This document shows, piece by piece, positions 17,937 to 26,985 of a stretch of 34,805 bases of DNA. Source of the stretch: Candidatus Sysuiplasma jiujiangense. GTDB lineage: Archaea > Thermoplasmatota > Thermoplasmata > Sysuiplasmatales > Sysuiplasmataceae. Within the stretch, counting starts at the first letter, position 1. The number at the start of each line of letters is the position of its first letter. The position numbers and the translations under genes were made by a program. The stretch lies in the NCBI GenBank assembly GCA_019721075.1, contig JAHEAD010000008.1:62001-96805 (forward strand), written 5' to 3'. The notes under the pieces are model-generated. The model was not told the DNA's origin. It searched no databases and saw only the letters and a program-made list of their open reading frames with translations.

Positions 17937-20900
17937 CTAGTGCAGGTAGTCCGCAGATTCTGAAAGCCACTCTTCAGTGACCACCTCTTTGCGTGAAGGT
18001 ATGAACACATGGAAAACCGAGCCGCTTCCCACCTTGCTCTCGACCCAAATCCTGCCGCCATGCCTGTCAACGATGAGCTTCGAAATCGGAAGGCCGAACC
18101 TGAAACCGGTGCCGGAATGCAGGATTGAAGCATCAACAACATAATATCTGTCAAATATGAACGGCATATCTTCATCAGTAATGCCCCTCCCAGTATCCTC
18201 AACCGAAAGCAGGACTCCGTCCCTTTCGTTTTTAAGTGAAATGATTATTTTCCCGCCCGGATTCGTGTATTTCACCGCGTTAGAGACAAGATTGTGAAAC
18301 ACCTTTTTCATCAGCGAATAATTGGCATTTACTTTCGCCAGATCTTCCTGAATATCGACTTTCAGATCAATGGATTTTGTATCAAGTTGGGGGGAAATCA
18401 TCGAAGTGACCTCTTCAACCAAAGGCACCATGGAGATTGGCTGCATTTCTATTTCCAGCAACATAGCTTCCATTCTTGTGAATTCCAGCATATTTGTTAT
18501 TATCTCATTCAGTTCGGTTACGCTTGCTAGAAGGCTTTCTACGTTCTTCATCTCAGTTTCGTTGAATTTGCCTACCTTCCCCATTTTCATGAGCTCTATG
18601 TATACCTTGATAGATGTCAGAGGGGTCCGCAGCTCGTGGGCCGCAATGCTTGAGAAATTTGAACGCAGCGTATCCAGCCGGCTCAGTTTGTTGAGAGCGT
18701 CATATGTTGCCCTGAAATTTCTGGAGTTTTCGATACCGGTCGAAACTATGGCGGATACAGTCTGGATAAAGTCAAGGTCTATCTTACTGAACGAACCCTC
18801 AGAAATATTTAAGCAAACAATGGCGCCGAGTAATTTACCGGCAAAAGATATCGGTGCCCCCATGATTGATTTAATCGCATCTCCTTTGACTATATCTGCA
18901 AAGGCTGATCTGAAATCATCAGGAAAGTTTGAGATTGCCGTTTGGCACTTGCTTTCATTCTCAAAAGAAAAATAGCCTCCGGATTCTGTAATCACAGAAG
19001 CAAAACCGTTCTGTTTTTCCCCATACAGCTTCCACCGGCCGATGCCTGCACCCAGAGATTCCTCCACGAGGTTTTTATTATGACCGGAGGCAAACTCCAG
19101 CCGCAGCTGCCCGTTTTCATCCAGAAGGAAAATTAGCACAATATCCGGGGAAGTGAATGCCGTAACCTCCTCACAGCTGTAGTTCAGAATTGAACGAAGC
19201 TCAAATGTTGAACTTACATTTCTGGCGATTCGCAGTTCGGAAGACAGCGCGGAAAGAGAAAGAGAAGAATTGATTGCATTGCGTCTGCTCTCGATGACAT
19301 TAGAGAATGCGGATGCTATTGAGGCAGCTATCTCCATATTTTCTCCCGAGACATGTTTTCTCTGCAAGTCAAAGGCTACAAAAACGTCCTCACTGTCGTC
19401 ATCATGCTTATTCCCGGGAAGTATCAGGAGTGTGGAAACTCCACATCTGCTCAAACCAGGTCGTTCCAGCAGATCCTTTGATGAGATTTGAATCACTTTT
19501 CCTGCGGATTCCATATCTTTCGACAGAATGACGTCGCAGATTAACTTCCCAATGTCATTTATCAGCTTTGCATCGACGCTTTCTGCGGAAGAGAATACTG
19601 AAATGCAGTGAACGACTGCATCTCTCTTCCGCAGGCTGTAGAGAGCGGAGTGCGACATGCCTGTCACCTTTGATACAAGCAGGCAGAATCTTGACGAAAC
19701 ATCTGTCTCGTTTAGCTTCCAGCCGGTGCCGTCGGTTTTGAATGAGGAGGAAATCAGGTCGGACATATCAGCGCCAATGGAAAAATTCAATGACTTCATG
19801 CTTTGGGAGCCCATCATAAAAAGAAAATTTCCAAAAATACCAGCGTAACGCATGATGGACAGGTTACCGGTTTCTGATAACGCCGGCGATTTTCTGCCGA
19901 GAAGAAACAAATAGAAGAGCGGATAGGAGGAATTGTTGCCGACAGGCCCGGGCACAAGCAGGCCACTTTTAAAATTGTGCTGTTTGAGACCTGCGATTGT
20001 CTCTATTGTTATCTGCCGATTAAGAAAATCGGATTGTGAAATGCGATATGTTGAATGATGGGAAGCAGGTATGTCTTCAACTCTGATTTCCTCATTCAAG
20101 CCAGTCTCATTTTCTGGATAGGAGCATATAAGTTTGTAGTGACCTGCAGGCGAGTAATGGTAGAATATAGCAAGTTCGAATCCGAATGCGTCGGCCATCA
20201 GCCTGCAAAACGTGCTGCACAGTTCGTACAGCGTTGTTTGCGGGTCCAGTTTGCCGAACTCCTCAAGCAGAGCTCTGTTGACGGAATCGATTGATCGCCG
20301 GGCGCTGATGCCCTCTCTGAAATTTTCCAGCATGCAGATTGCCCTGAATACAGGTTTAAGGGAGGAGGCGGTTGCATTTGCTGCCTGGATCGACTCGTTT
20401 GATATAACGCATAGAAGAGAGATTAAGTCTTTGCCGCTGTGTTGAAAGAGACCTATGCAGACCTGATTGTCGTATTTGATCCTCTCCCCAAAAATTGAAA
20501 CCATCAGTTTCCCGAGCTGATTATCGTTTGAATTCTTTGTTTCGAAAATCAGGGTGTCGGAATAATCAGGGGCCAGCTGATCTGCAGTCAGGTTTGACAA
20601 ATCGGCTGTACCCACTGGACCATTGAATCGCCGGGCAACAGAAATACACTCCGGATCGCCTCCCTTTTTGAAGTATACTGCACAAGTCAGTTTTGAGAAT
20701 GCAGAAAGCAGGTTGTTCGCTACGTTATTGACTGGATTCTCACTGACATTTCTGGATGAAAAGGTGCTGATGAGACTCCTCAAACCGTCCAGATTTTCTC
20801 TCTCAGCAATCAACTGAGTGAGCAACGATATTTCGCGGCTCCTTGATCTTGCCGCAACCGATATTGCATTCAATGCAGCAGAGAGATACGAATATTCGGC

Positions 20901-22274
20901 ATCAGCCGCGGTTCTAGCATATACTGTCGATGCAGTTGCGCCCGATTTCATCAGCGGAATGTAGCAGAGGTAGTTAAGGCCGTTGCCTGAATCCGGCACG
21001 CCGCTTACGGGCGGTTCTGACAGAGATGTGCTTGAAACTTCGTTTTTTTCCGAAATTATCACTACCTGCTCAGCTGACGCCCTGTGAACATTGATGTCGC
21101 CAGCAAGATATCTTCCAGCCGATGAAGAATTCCGATCCGTGCATTTGCAGAATTCAGGACAACATGATACTGTTCCGTTACTGATGCTGAGCAGACAGAG
21201 TTCGGAAGAGTTGCCAAGAATGCCGGATAAGGCAGAGAAGGAAACTTCCAGCAGAGAAGGAATATCCGCAGTCAGACTGATTTCATTCAACGCTTCAACC
21301 AGAAATTGAGATTTGGCTGCAATTTCGATATCTGCTGCATCCCTGATATTCCCGAGGAGGAGCGATCTTATCAATCTCTGAAGCAGGGTGGCGAAATCCT
21401 CAAGCTGTTTGAACGGGGAATCGCCAGGATCTATCAAAAAAATAAGAATATAGTTTGATGCAATGGCAACAGGACAAAGTATCATGCCGCTGTAAAACTT
21501 TGCGAGGGTTGAGAAGGCCGGCGCAACATTGCTGTCTAAGCTGACGGAGATCTGCATCTTCAAAAGGATGTTGAGTTCTAAAAACACATTTGAATCGTTG
21601 CAGCAATCGCTAAGGGAAGGCTCGATATGAGAAAACAGACCGGATTCCATCAATCCGCCGTCCGTATAAATGTAAAGTGCGATCCTGTCAACCAGCAGAT
21701 TGTGCGAAATATTGCGCCGCAGCCTGTCAAGTGCATATGACAATCCTGACAAACCCTTATCAAAACCTGAACGGGATTCGTCGGCCTGCAGAGTAACGGA
21801 CGATTCGCCCATACTGCCCGAGAGTATAAATGAGCCACGGATTGTCCTTATCATAGACTCTTCCAAATTGCCTGAATCGGTTGTCGCTGGATCTACCAGC
21901 GACGCATGACAGAAACTATCATCCTTTATTGGAACAGTTAAATTAAAAATACTGTGACCGTCCATCTTGAAAGTCCCGTCTGGACAGGGTTCTGCCTGTA
22001 TCAATAAAGAAGACATTTTTTCCCTTGGAACGCTTTCTGAGAAGGACATCGAACTGAGCAATTGCCGATTATCCCGGAAGAGGCCCAACATGACCGCCTT
22101 TGACCCGGATAGTCCAATGCATAGCCGGGACGCAGCTGAGAGAGCCTTGCCAGCGTCAGTGTTTTTTAAATCCAGAGGGAAAAAAATATAGTCCGATTTC
22201 GAACCGTTAAGATTTGACACGCACGCTACACCTCCATGGGCGCAAATGGCGCTGCGGACAGACCGCGTGGACAT
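17937..22274 (-). CDS. Large soluble sensor histidine kinase (multiple GAF-like domains, HisKA, HATPase_c)
   Basis: H-box AAHELRTPLTSI, N-box NLVSNAVKY, G1 EDTGRGI, F-box IFDRYY, variant G2 GTGFRFGL, HGGRIWVES..G.GS.F. A clear GAF precedes HisKA (SIMGAPI...LLGAI...FSKIDLDFIQTV). No obvious TM segment. Confidence 0.92.
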   Translation of the reverse strand: MSTRSVRSAICAHGGVACVSNLNGSKSDYIFFPLDLKNTDAGKALSAASRLCIGLSGSKAVMLGLFRDNRQLLSSMSFSESVPREKMSSLLIQAEPCPDGTFKMDGHSIFNLTVPIKDDSFCHASLVDPATTDSGNLEESMIRTIRGSFILSGSMGESSVTLQADESRSGFDKGLSGLSYALDRLRRNISHNLLVDRIALYIYTDGGLMESGLFSHIEPSLSDCCNDSNVFLELNILLKMQISVSLDSNVAPAFSTLAKFYSGMILCPVAIASNYILIFLIDPGDSPFKQLEDFATLLQRLIRSLLLGNIRDAADIEIAAKSQFLVEALNEISLTADIPSLLEVSFSALSGILGNSSELCLLSISNGTVSCCPEFCKCTDRNSSSAGRYLAGDINVHRASAEQVVIISEKNEVSSTSLSEPPVSGVPDSGNGLNYLCYIPLMKSGATASTVYARTAADAEYSYLSAALNAISVAARSRSREISLLTQLIAERENLDGLRSLISTFSSRNVSENPVNNVANNLLSAFSKLTCAVYFKKGGDPECISVARRFNGPVGTADLSNLTADQLAPDYSDTLIFETKNSNDNQLGKLMVSIFGERIKYDNQVCIGLFQHSGKDLISLLCVISNESIQAANATASSLKPVFRAICMLENFREGISARRSIDSVNRALLEEFGKLDPQTTLYELCSTFCRLMADAFGFELAIFYHYSPAGHYKLICSYPENETGLNEEIRVEDIPASHHSTYRISQSDFLNRQITIETIAGLKQHNFKSGLLVPGPVGNNSSYPLFYLFLLGRKSPALSETGNLSIMRYAGIFGNFLFMMGSQSMKSLNFSIGADMSDLISSSFKTDGTGWKLNETDVSSRFCLLVSKVTGMSHSALYSLRKRDAVVHCISVFSSAESVDAKLINDIGKLICDVILSKDMESAGKVIQISSKDLLERPGLSRCGVSTLLILPGNKHDDDSEDVFVAFDLQRKHVSGENMEIAASIASAFSNVIESRRNAINSSLSLSALSSELRIARNVSSTFELRSILNYSCEEVTAFTSPDIVLIFLLDENGQLRLEFASGHNKNLVEESLGAGIGRWKLYGEKQNGFASVITESGGYFSFENESKCQTAISNFPDDFRSAFADIVKGDAIKSIMGAPISFAGKLLGAIVCLNISEGSFSKIDLDFIQTVSAIVSTGIENSRNFRATYDALNKLSRLDTLRSNFSSIAAHELRTPLTSIKVYIELMKMGKVGKFNETEMKNVESLLASVTELNEIITNMLEFTRMEAMLLEIEMQPISMVPLVEEVTSMISPQLDTKSIDLKVDIQEDLAKVNANYSLMKKVFHNLVSNAVKYTNPGGKIIISLKNERDGVLLSVEDTGRGITDEDMPFIFDRYYVVDASILHSGTGFRFGLPISKLIVDRHGGRIWVESKVGSGSVFHVFIPSRKEVVTEEWLSESADYLH

Positions 22275-22524
22275 ATCTTATTGGGAGGAACGCAGCAGAG
22301 GCGACTGAAAATTGAGTGAGAATAAGAGGTCATTTTACCTGATTTCAAAGGAGGCGGCGCTTTTAAAGCTTATTCCGAGAATTTCACGTATAGAAGTTTC
22401 ACCAGCAGGAGGAACGCATGAACTTGCCTGCAGTCATTACGGTTTTTAAAATTTCAACTCGACAGCATTAAATACGATTAGCTGAACTTATTTGTCATTA
22501 CAGACAAAAACGGTTGTAGCGATA
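22275..22524. promoter_or_regulatory. Divergent promoter region between the histidine kinase and the KaiC-like cluster
   Basis: Head-to-head gene arrangement; TATA-like elements TTTTAAAG (22361), TTTTAAAA (22444) and ATTAAATA (22467). Confidence 0.5.
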
Positions 22525-23268
22525 ATGTCGGAATTTGATCTGGAAGGTTCATTTCCAATGAGAAGTTCAATACTTCTCAGAGGACCTCCTGGAAGCGGAA
22601 AGACTGAGTTCCTTCTAGATCTTGCGAATCGCTGGCTTCTGAACAGAGAGAAAGTTCTTTACGTGGCTGTATCGACAAGCGGAGAAGAAATACTTTCGAG
22701 ACTGACCACCATGGCCGGTAGAGGAATACTGTCAGACCGACTCGTAATAATAGACTGCTACAGGAACAACCCAAGCGATTCAGGTGACAGGCTGATTGTG
22801 AACATAAACGGGCTCTCGCATCTGGAGAGCATAACTCTGGCCATATCAACAGCGGTTGATGGACTGGGGAGTCCTGTCAGAATCATCTTTGACGGATTGT
22901 CCACTCTCTTTCTGCACAATGCTCCGCAAACGATGGCAAAATTCTTTCAGGTACTTTCAACCAGATCAAAAGGTGAGTTCGGTTTTATACTTTCATCCGT
23001 CGTAGAAGGTATGCATGAAAACATGACAATGAATACGCTTATGTCTCTTGCCGACGGTGTTATTGAGGTGGCAGTTGATTCGAACATGGCCAGATTCATC
23101 AGGGTAAGATACATCAAGGGAAGAGAGAGCAATCCGATTTGGTACCAATACAAGCTCAGGAACGGAAAAGTGGAGCTGAAAACAGCACATTTCGACGAAG
23201 GAAGCACAGACGCAACTGACCGTAAGTTCGGAGATGGAAACATATACAAAAGAGGTGATTGGTTTTGA
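22525..23268 (+). CDS. KaiC/RAD55-family RecA-fold ATPase 1
   Basis: Walker A GPPGSGKT, IIDCY, Walker B IIFDG and LADGVIE. Start set at ATG 22525. Confidence 0.85.
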   Translation: MSEFDLEGSFPMRSSILLRGPPGSGKTEFLLDLANRWLLNREKVLYVAVSTSGEEILSRLTTMAGRGILSDRLVIIDCYRNNPSDSGDRLIVNINGLSHLESITLAISTAVDGLGSPVRIIFDGLSTLFLHNAPQTMAKFFQVLSTRSKGEFGFILSSVVEGMHENMTMNTLMSLADGVIEVAVDSNMARFIRVRYIKGRESNPIWYQYKLRNGKVELKTAHFDEGSTDATDRKFGDGNIYKRGDWF

Positions 23269-23981
23269 CGGATGTTTACACGACGGGCCGAATCAGAACC
23301 TACATTGACGGATTTGACGAGATAATCGGAGGTGGCATTCCGGAGGGGAGCGTAGTATTGCTTTCCGGCCAGCCCGGTACAATGAAAACTTCCCTTGCAT
23401 TCAGCATCATTTACAATAACGCCGTCAGAAACAGATTTGGCTCCGTCTACCTATCCCTGGAACAGAAGAGAAGCAGCCTGATTCGGCAGATGAATGGAAT
23501 GGGAATGGATATAGAGAAACAGGAAAGTGTCAGGGTGATGGACCTTAGCGGCATCAGGGAAGAACTCGAAAAAGCAGAAAGGGACGAAACAGTTATTACC
23601 GTTCTCAAGGAACACATCGAGAAGAGCATAAAGGATTCGGGCTGCAGGATATTTGTACTCGATTCTCTGAACGTGATAGACATTTCTGCCGGTTTGACTT
23701 CAAGAAGAAGTCAGATATACTTCCTGTTTGAGTGGCTGCGGGAAACGAATCTGACATCTTTTTTAATATCCGAAAGCAGCGCAGATGAAATACTCGACAG
23801 CGGAAGGGAAGAAGGTTACCTTTCTGACGGCATTATTCACCTCAGTCTGTCCTCCGAGGATGAAAATGCGGTACGAAGAAGAATCAGATGCGCGAAAATG
23901 AGAGGAACAAACCACGACACTTCATTCTATTCCCTACAATTTGTCAACGGAAAATTCGCAGTCACGCAATCTATGAGTTGA
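23259..23981 (+). CDS. KaiC/RAD55-family RecA-fold ATPase 2
   Basis: TYIDGFDEIIGGGIPEGS, GQPGTMKT, YLSLEQ, VLDS, YLSDGII and KMRG motifs; overlaps the previous stop, suggesting translational coupling. Confidence 0.92.
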   Translation: MVLTDVYTTGRIRTYIDGFDEIIGGGIPEGSVVLLSGQPGTMKTSLAFSIIYNNAVRNRFGSVYLSLEQKRSSLIRQMNGMGMDIEKQESVRVMDLSGIREELEKAERDETVITVLKEHIEKSIKDSGCRIFVLDSLNVIDISAGLTSRRSQIYFLFEWLRETNLTSFLISESSADEILDSGREEGYLSDGIIHLSLSSEDENAVRRRIRCAKMRGTNHDTSFYSLQFVNGKFAVTQSMS

Positions 23982-23986
23982 GCATT

Positions 23987-25219
23987 ATGGCGGATTTACA
24001 GTTCTGTCCAGTTTGCGGATATGCGTTGAGACGGCATGAAATGCAGTGCGGCCGGTGCGGCGAGGATTTTTCAGGCGGAACAAAGGGGGATGAAGAAAAC
24101 AGGAACAGAGGAAAAGGAGACACAGACAGATGGAGCGGAGATTATACAATTGAGGCAATAAGCTTTGGGCGCGTGGCAGCTGGTTCGGGTGTCAGGGAGA
24201 TCAACCCAAATGAAGGAGTTCAGGAAAAGAAAACATCATCCTTCCATTCCGGCAAAAAAGAGGCCACCGGTGACGATTCGGGTATGGTAGAGGAATTGAG
24301 AAGAAAGATTGACGAAATGAACCGGATGGTGGCAAATCTCACAAAACCAGCGCGGAATACCGCTGAAACCGCTGCCGATGGTCCTTCCGGCAGCACAGCT
24401 GACAGGGAGCGGCTGAAAAGGAGACCGTGGAACAGAAATGATCCTGAGTTCAGGGCGATGGTGAACATGCATCTTGCCAGGATAGCCGGCATGGAGGGCT
24501 CACGCCCAGAGGCCACGCATTCGCGTGCTGTGAGATATCTGCCTTTCATTTCACAGGATATGATAAGGCCTGGAATAGCTGATGATTCGGTGGTGCTGTT
24601 TGTCGGCCCTGCCGGGACAATGAAATCAACAGCTGCAATGACTGCGGGACTCGATATTGCAAGAATATCATCAAGACCGCTGCTCTACGTTCTCCTCAAT
24701 GATTCTGCGTCCAGATTCCTGGCAAAAGTCATACGCGCCGGCATCCTGCAAAATGAAGAGAAAAGACTCGTCCGCATCATAGACGGAAGGGAAATCAGGC
24801 AAAATACAACCGACTGGGAAGGGAACTGGCAGAAAATACTGATGGAGTATATGAAGAGAGAACTGGGAAAACAGAAATACTCGGCCGTCGTCCTCGACAA
24901 TATCAATTCATTCACTTCGATGGTAACATCGGAGAGACCACGCAAATCGGTGTTTGACTATTTCGAATGGTGCAGGGAAAGTGGTCTGATATGTATTGCG
25001 ATAAGAGAAGGAAGCTATGCATCGGCCCTTCGTGAGAGAACTGCGGAAGCTTATCTTGCTGACGGCGTGGTGCAGTTTTCGTCAAGGCAGACGGAAGACG
25101 GGAATACGATGCCTGTTTTCAGGGTCCTCAAGATGAGGGGGTCCGAGATAGATACGGGTTATTATGCGATTCAGCTGAGCTCCGGTGCCCTGAAGTTCGT
25201 TCCGGCAGTTGCGATTTGA
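23987..25219 (+). CDS. KaiC/RAD55-family ATPase 3 with N-terminal Zn ribbon and disordered/coiled-coil linker
   Basis: CPVCG...CGRCG; low-complexity linker; GPAGTMKS, VLDN, YLADGVV and LKMRG motifs. Start set at ATG 23987. Confidence 0.88.
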   Translation: MADLQFCPVCGYALRRHEMQCGRCGEDFSGGTKGDEENRNRGKGDTDRWSGDYTIEAISFGRVAAGSGVREINPNEGVQEKKTSSFHSGKKEATGDDSGMVEELRRKIDEMNRMVANLTKPARNTAETAADGPSGSTADRERLKRRPWNRNDPEFRAMVNMHLARIAGMEGSRPEATHSRAVRYLPFISQDMIRPGIADDSVVLFVGPAGTMKSTAAMTAGLDIARISSRPLLYVLLNDSASRFLAKVIRAGILQNEEKRLVRIIDGREIRQNTTDWEGNWQKILMEYMKRELGKQKYSAVVLDNINSFTSMVTSERPRKSVFDYFEWCRESGLICIAIREGSYASALRERTAEAYLADGVVQFSSRQTEDGNTMPVFRVLKMRGSEIDTGYYAIQLSSGALKFVPAVAI

Positions 25220-26235
25220 CTGCCTTCGGACTGCTGCCTTAATGCGGTACTGAGATGAATCGTCGCATTTTCCGGCGAAATTGAATTTATGTAGAAACCG
25301 GTACCCTTCTCGAAACCTGCTATTCTGCTGACGGTTGGTATAATCTCAATATGCCAGTGATAATATGGACATCCGATACTATTAACTGGCGATGTGTGGA
25401 TATAAAAATTGTACGGCGGATCGTCCAGAACAGAATAAAGGGCGTAAAGTGACTTTTGAAGCAGCGCCGCAAGATCTGAAGCTTCATCATGGGTGCATTC
25501 CGCAAATGACGGGCAGTGCCTTTTCGGCAGAATCATGAGTTCATAGGGGTATTTGGAGGCGAACGGTGCGATGCAGATGAAGGAATTGTTATCAAACACG
25601 ACCCTTTTGGCCTGCTGAATCTCCTCTCTTATTATAGAGTCATAGATGCAATCTCCACCCATGTCCGTAAAATAGTTCTCCGCGCCCCTCAACTCACTTG
25701 CGACATATACAGGTATCATCGGCGTCGCTATAATCTGGCTGTGGGGATGCTCGAGGGATGCACCTGCCTCAGAGCCATGGTTTTCGAATACGAGTATGTA
25801 TTTGAATCGCCTGTCCCTGGACAGATCTGTGACGCGCTCTCTGTACATCTGTATGAGTTCCCTTACCTGGCTGTGAGACTGCAGGGCTATTGGTTTTGAG
25901 TGCTCTGGCGACTCTATTACTACCTCATGACATCCTATTCCTGTTATATCGGTGAAAACCGATCTGGAATTCTTTTCCAGTTTTCCTTCGATCCTCAGTG
26001 CCGGAAACTTGTTTGGGACTGTTCTTATCCACCATCCGGGGCCATCCGGTACTGTGCTAACACGCCTGAAAGCATAGATCTCAGGAGGGGTCAGCCTCTC
26101 ATTTCCTTCGCAAAAAACACATGTGCCTTCTCTGACTGGCGCATGCGGCCTAACGAAGTCACGGGGTCTTTTTGCTCTCTCCTCCGAAATCACCACCCAA
26201 GTGTCCGTCACGTAATCTTTCCTAATCTCGGACAA
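25171..26235 (-). CDS. galT: GalT-family hexose-1-phosphate nucleotidyltransferase
   Basis: ERAKRP, CVFCEGNE..TPPE, VPNKFPAL, AGASLEHPHSQ (HxHxQ), YHWHIEI and AGFE motifs; GGAGG SD before a TTG start. Confidence 0.92.
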   Translation of the reverse strand: MSEIRKDYVTDTWVVISEERAKRPRDFVRPHAPVREGTCVFCEGNERLTPPEIYAFRRVSTVPDGPGWWIRTVPNKFPALRIEGKLEKNSRSVFTDITGIGCHEVVIESPEHSKPIALQSHSQVRELIQMYRERVTDLSRDRRFKYILVFENHGSEAGASLEHPHSQIIATPMIPVYVASELRGAENYFTDMGGDCIYDSIIREEIQQAKRVVFDNNSFICIAPFASKYPYELMILPKRHCPSFAECTHDEASDLAALLQKSLYALYSVLDDPPYNFYIHTSPVNSIGCPYYHWHIEIIPTVSRIAGFEKGTGFYINSISPENATIHLSTALRQQSEGSQIATAGTNFRAPELS

Positions 26236-26567
26236 TTAGTACGTTCCTCCGCAAAATCATTGTGAATTCCACAGAATACATCAGGTGAAGCCAATAACGA
26301 TTAGCGGTATTTATGTATTTTTTCAGATCGCTTCAGTTCTCCAAAGAATGGAATACCGTCTGGTGTAAGCCTGAAGGATCAAAGGTTTTGCAGGAAGCAG
26401 TTTTCGCTGCCATTGTTACGCTGCATTACGGGCAGGTCAGAATAAATGCGAAAAACAGGCATTATCTGTTCGGAGAGTGAGACTGGTTCGGGAACAGCGT
26501 GCCGGGAACCTGGTGCAGGATAATACAGGGGGAAGGTTCACGGTAAGACAATTCATCCCGAATGGAA

Positions 26568-26575
26568 TATATAAG
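26568..26575 (+). promoter_or_regulatory. Candidate TATA box for the receiver-nfo pair
   Basis: TATATAAG about 40 nt upstream of ATG 26614. Confidence 0.5.
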
Positions 26576-26613
26576 CGTGAATGGATGCAGAGGCGGAATA
26601 ACAGGGATTCCTG

Positions 26614-26973
26614 ATGAAAGTTCTTGTTGTAGACGATTCGTCGCTTACGAGAGCAGCCATGGTTGCCGCCCTTTCTGCATATAACTACGAGATAGTGGCA
26701 GAGGGACAGGATGGCGACGACGCCGTCAGGCTCTACAAAGACAGGAAACCTGATGTTATTCTTATTGACCTGGCTATGCCGAACAAGGATGGGTTGGAGG
26801 CAATAAAGGAGATCCTCGAATTTGATCCGCAGGCAAAAATAGTTGCGATCAGTGCGCTCTATGACAGGAGCATGCAGAAGAGGGCGATTGAACTTGGCGC
26901 TGCTTCCTACATTGTCAAGCCTTTTGAACTCACTGAACTAATCTCGGTAATGGGCAAATTCGAGAAGCAATAG
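26614..26973 (+). CDS. Stand-alone response regulator receiver (CheY-like)
   Basis: VLVVDD, phospho-acceptor ILIDLAMP, AISA and VKPF motifs; no output domain. Confidence 0.93.
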   Translation: MKVLVVDDSSLTRAAMVAALSAYNYEIVAEGQDGDDAVRLYKDRKPDVILIDLAMPNKDGLEAIKEILEFDPQAKIVAISALYDRSMQKRAIELGAASYIVKPFELTELISVMGKFEKQ

Positions 26974-26985
26974 TATGGTGAGTTA

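Noticed and set aside
18294..22191. Many plus-strand ORFs opposite the kinase, and similar shadow ORFs elsewhere (e.g. 1452-1976, 5436-5987, 33145-33693)
   Set aside because: They are antisense or alternate-frame shadows of well-supported genes with no motifs of their own.
22525..25219. A bona fide KaiABC circadian clock, or RadA/RadB/ArlH
   Set aside because: These are single-domain ATPases with no kaiA/kaiB and no conserved ST pair; there is no RadA N-terminal domain and no archaellum genes nearby.
26236..26613. Possible small ORF or RNA in the galT-receiver gap
   Set aside because: Only very short ORFs (about 25 aa) and a 6-nt GGGAAC repeat were noticed; adequately explained as a divergent promoter region.
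26614..26973. Gene symbol cheY
   Set aside because: No cheA, cheW or MCP context; stand-alone receivers are common outside chemotaxis.
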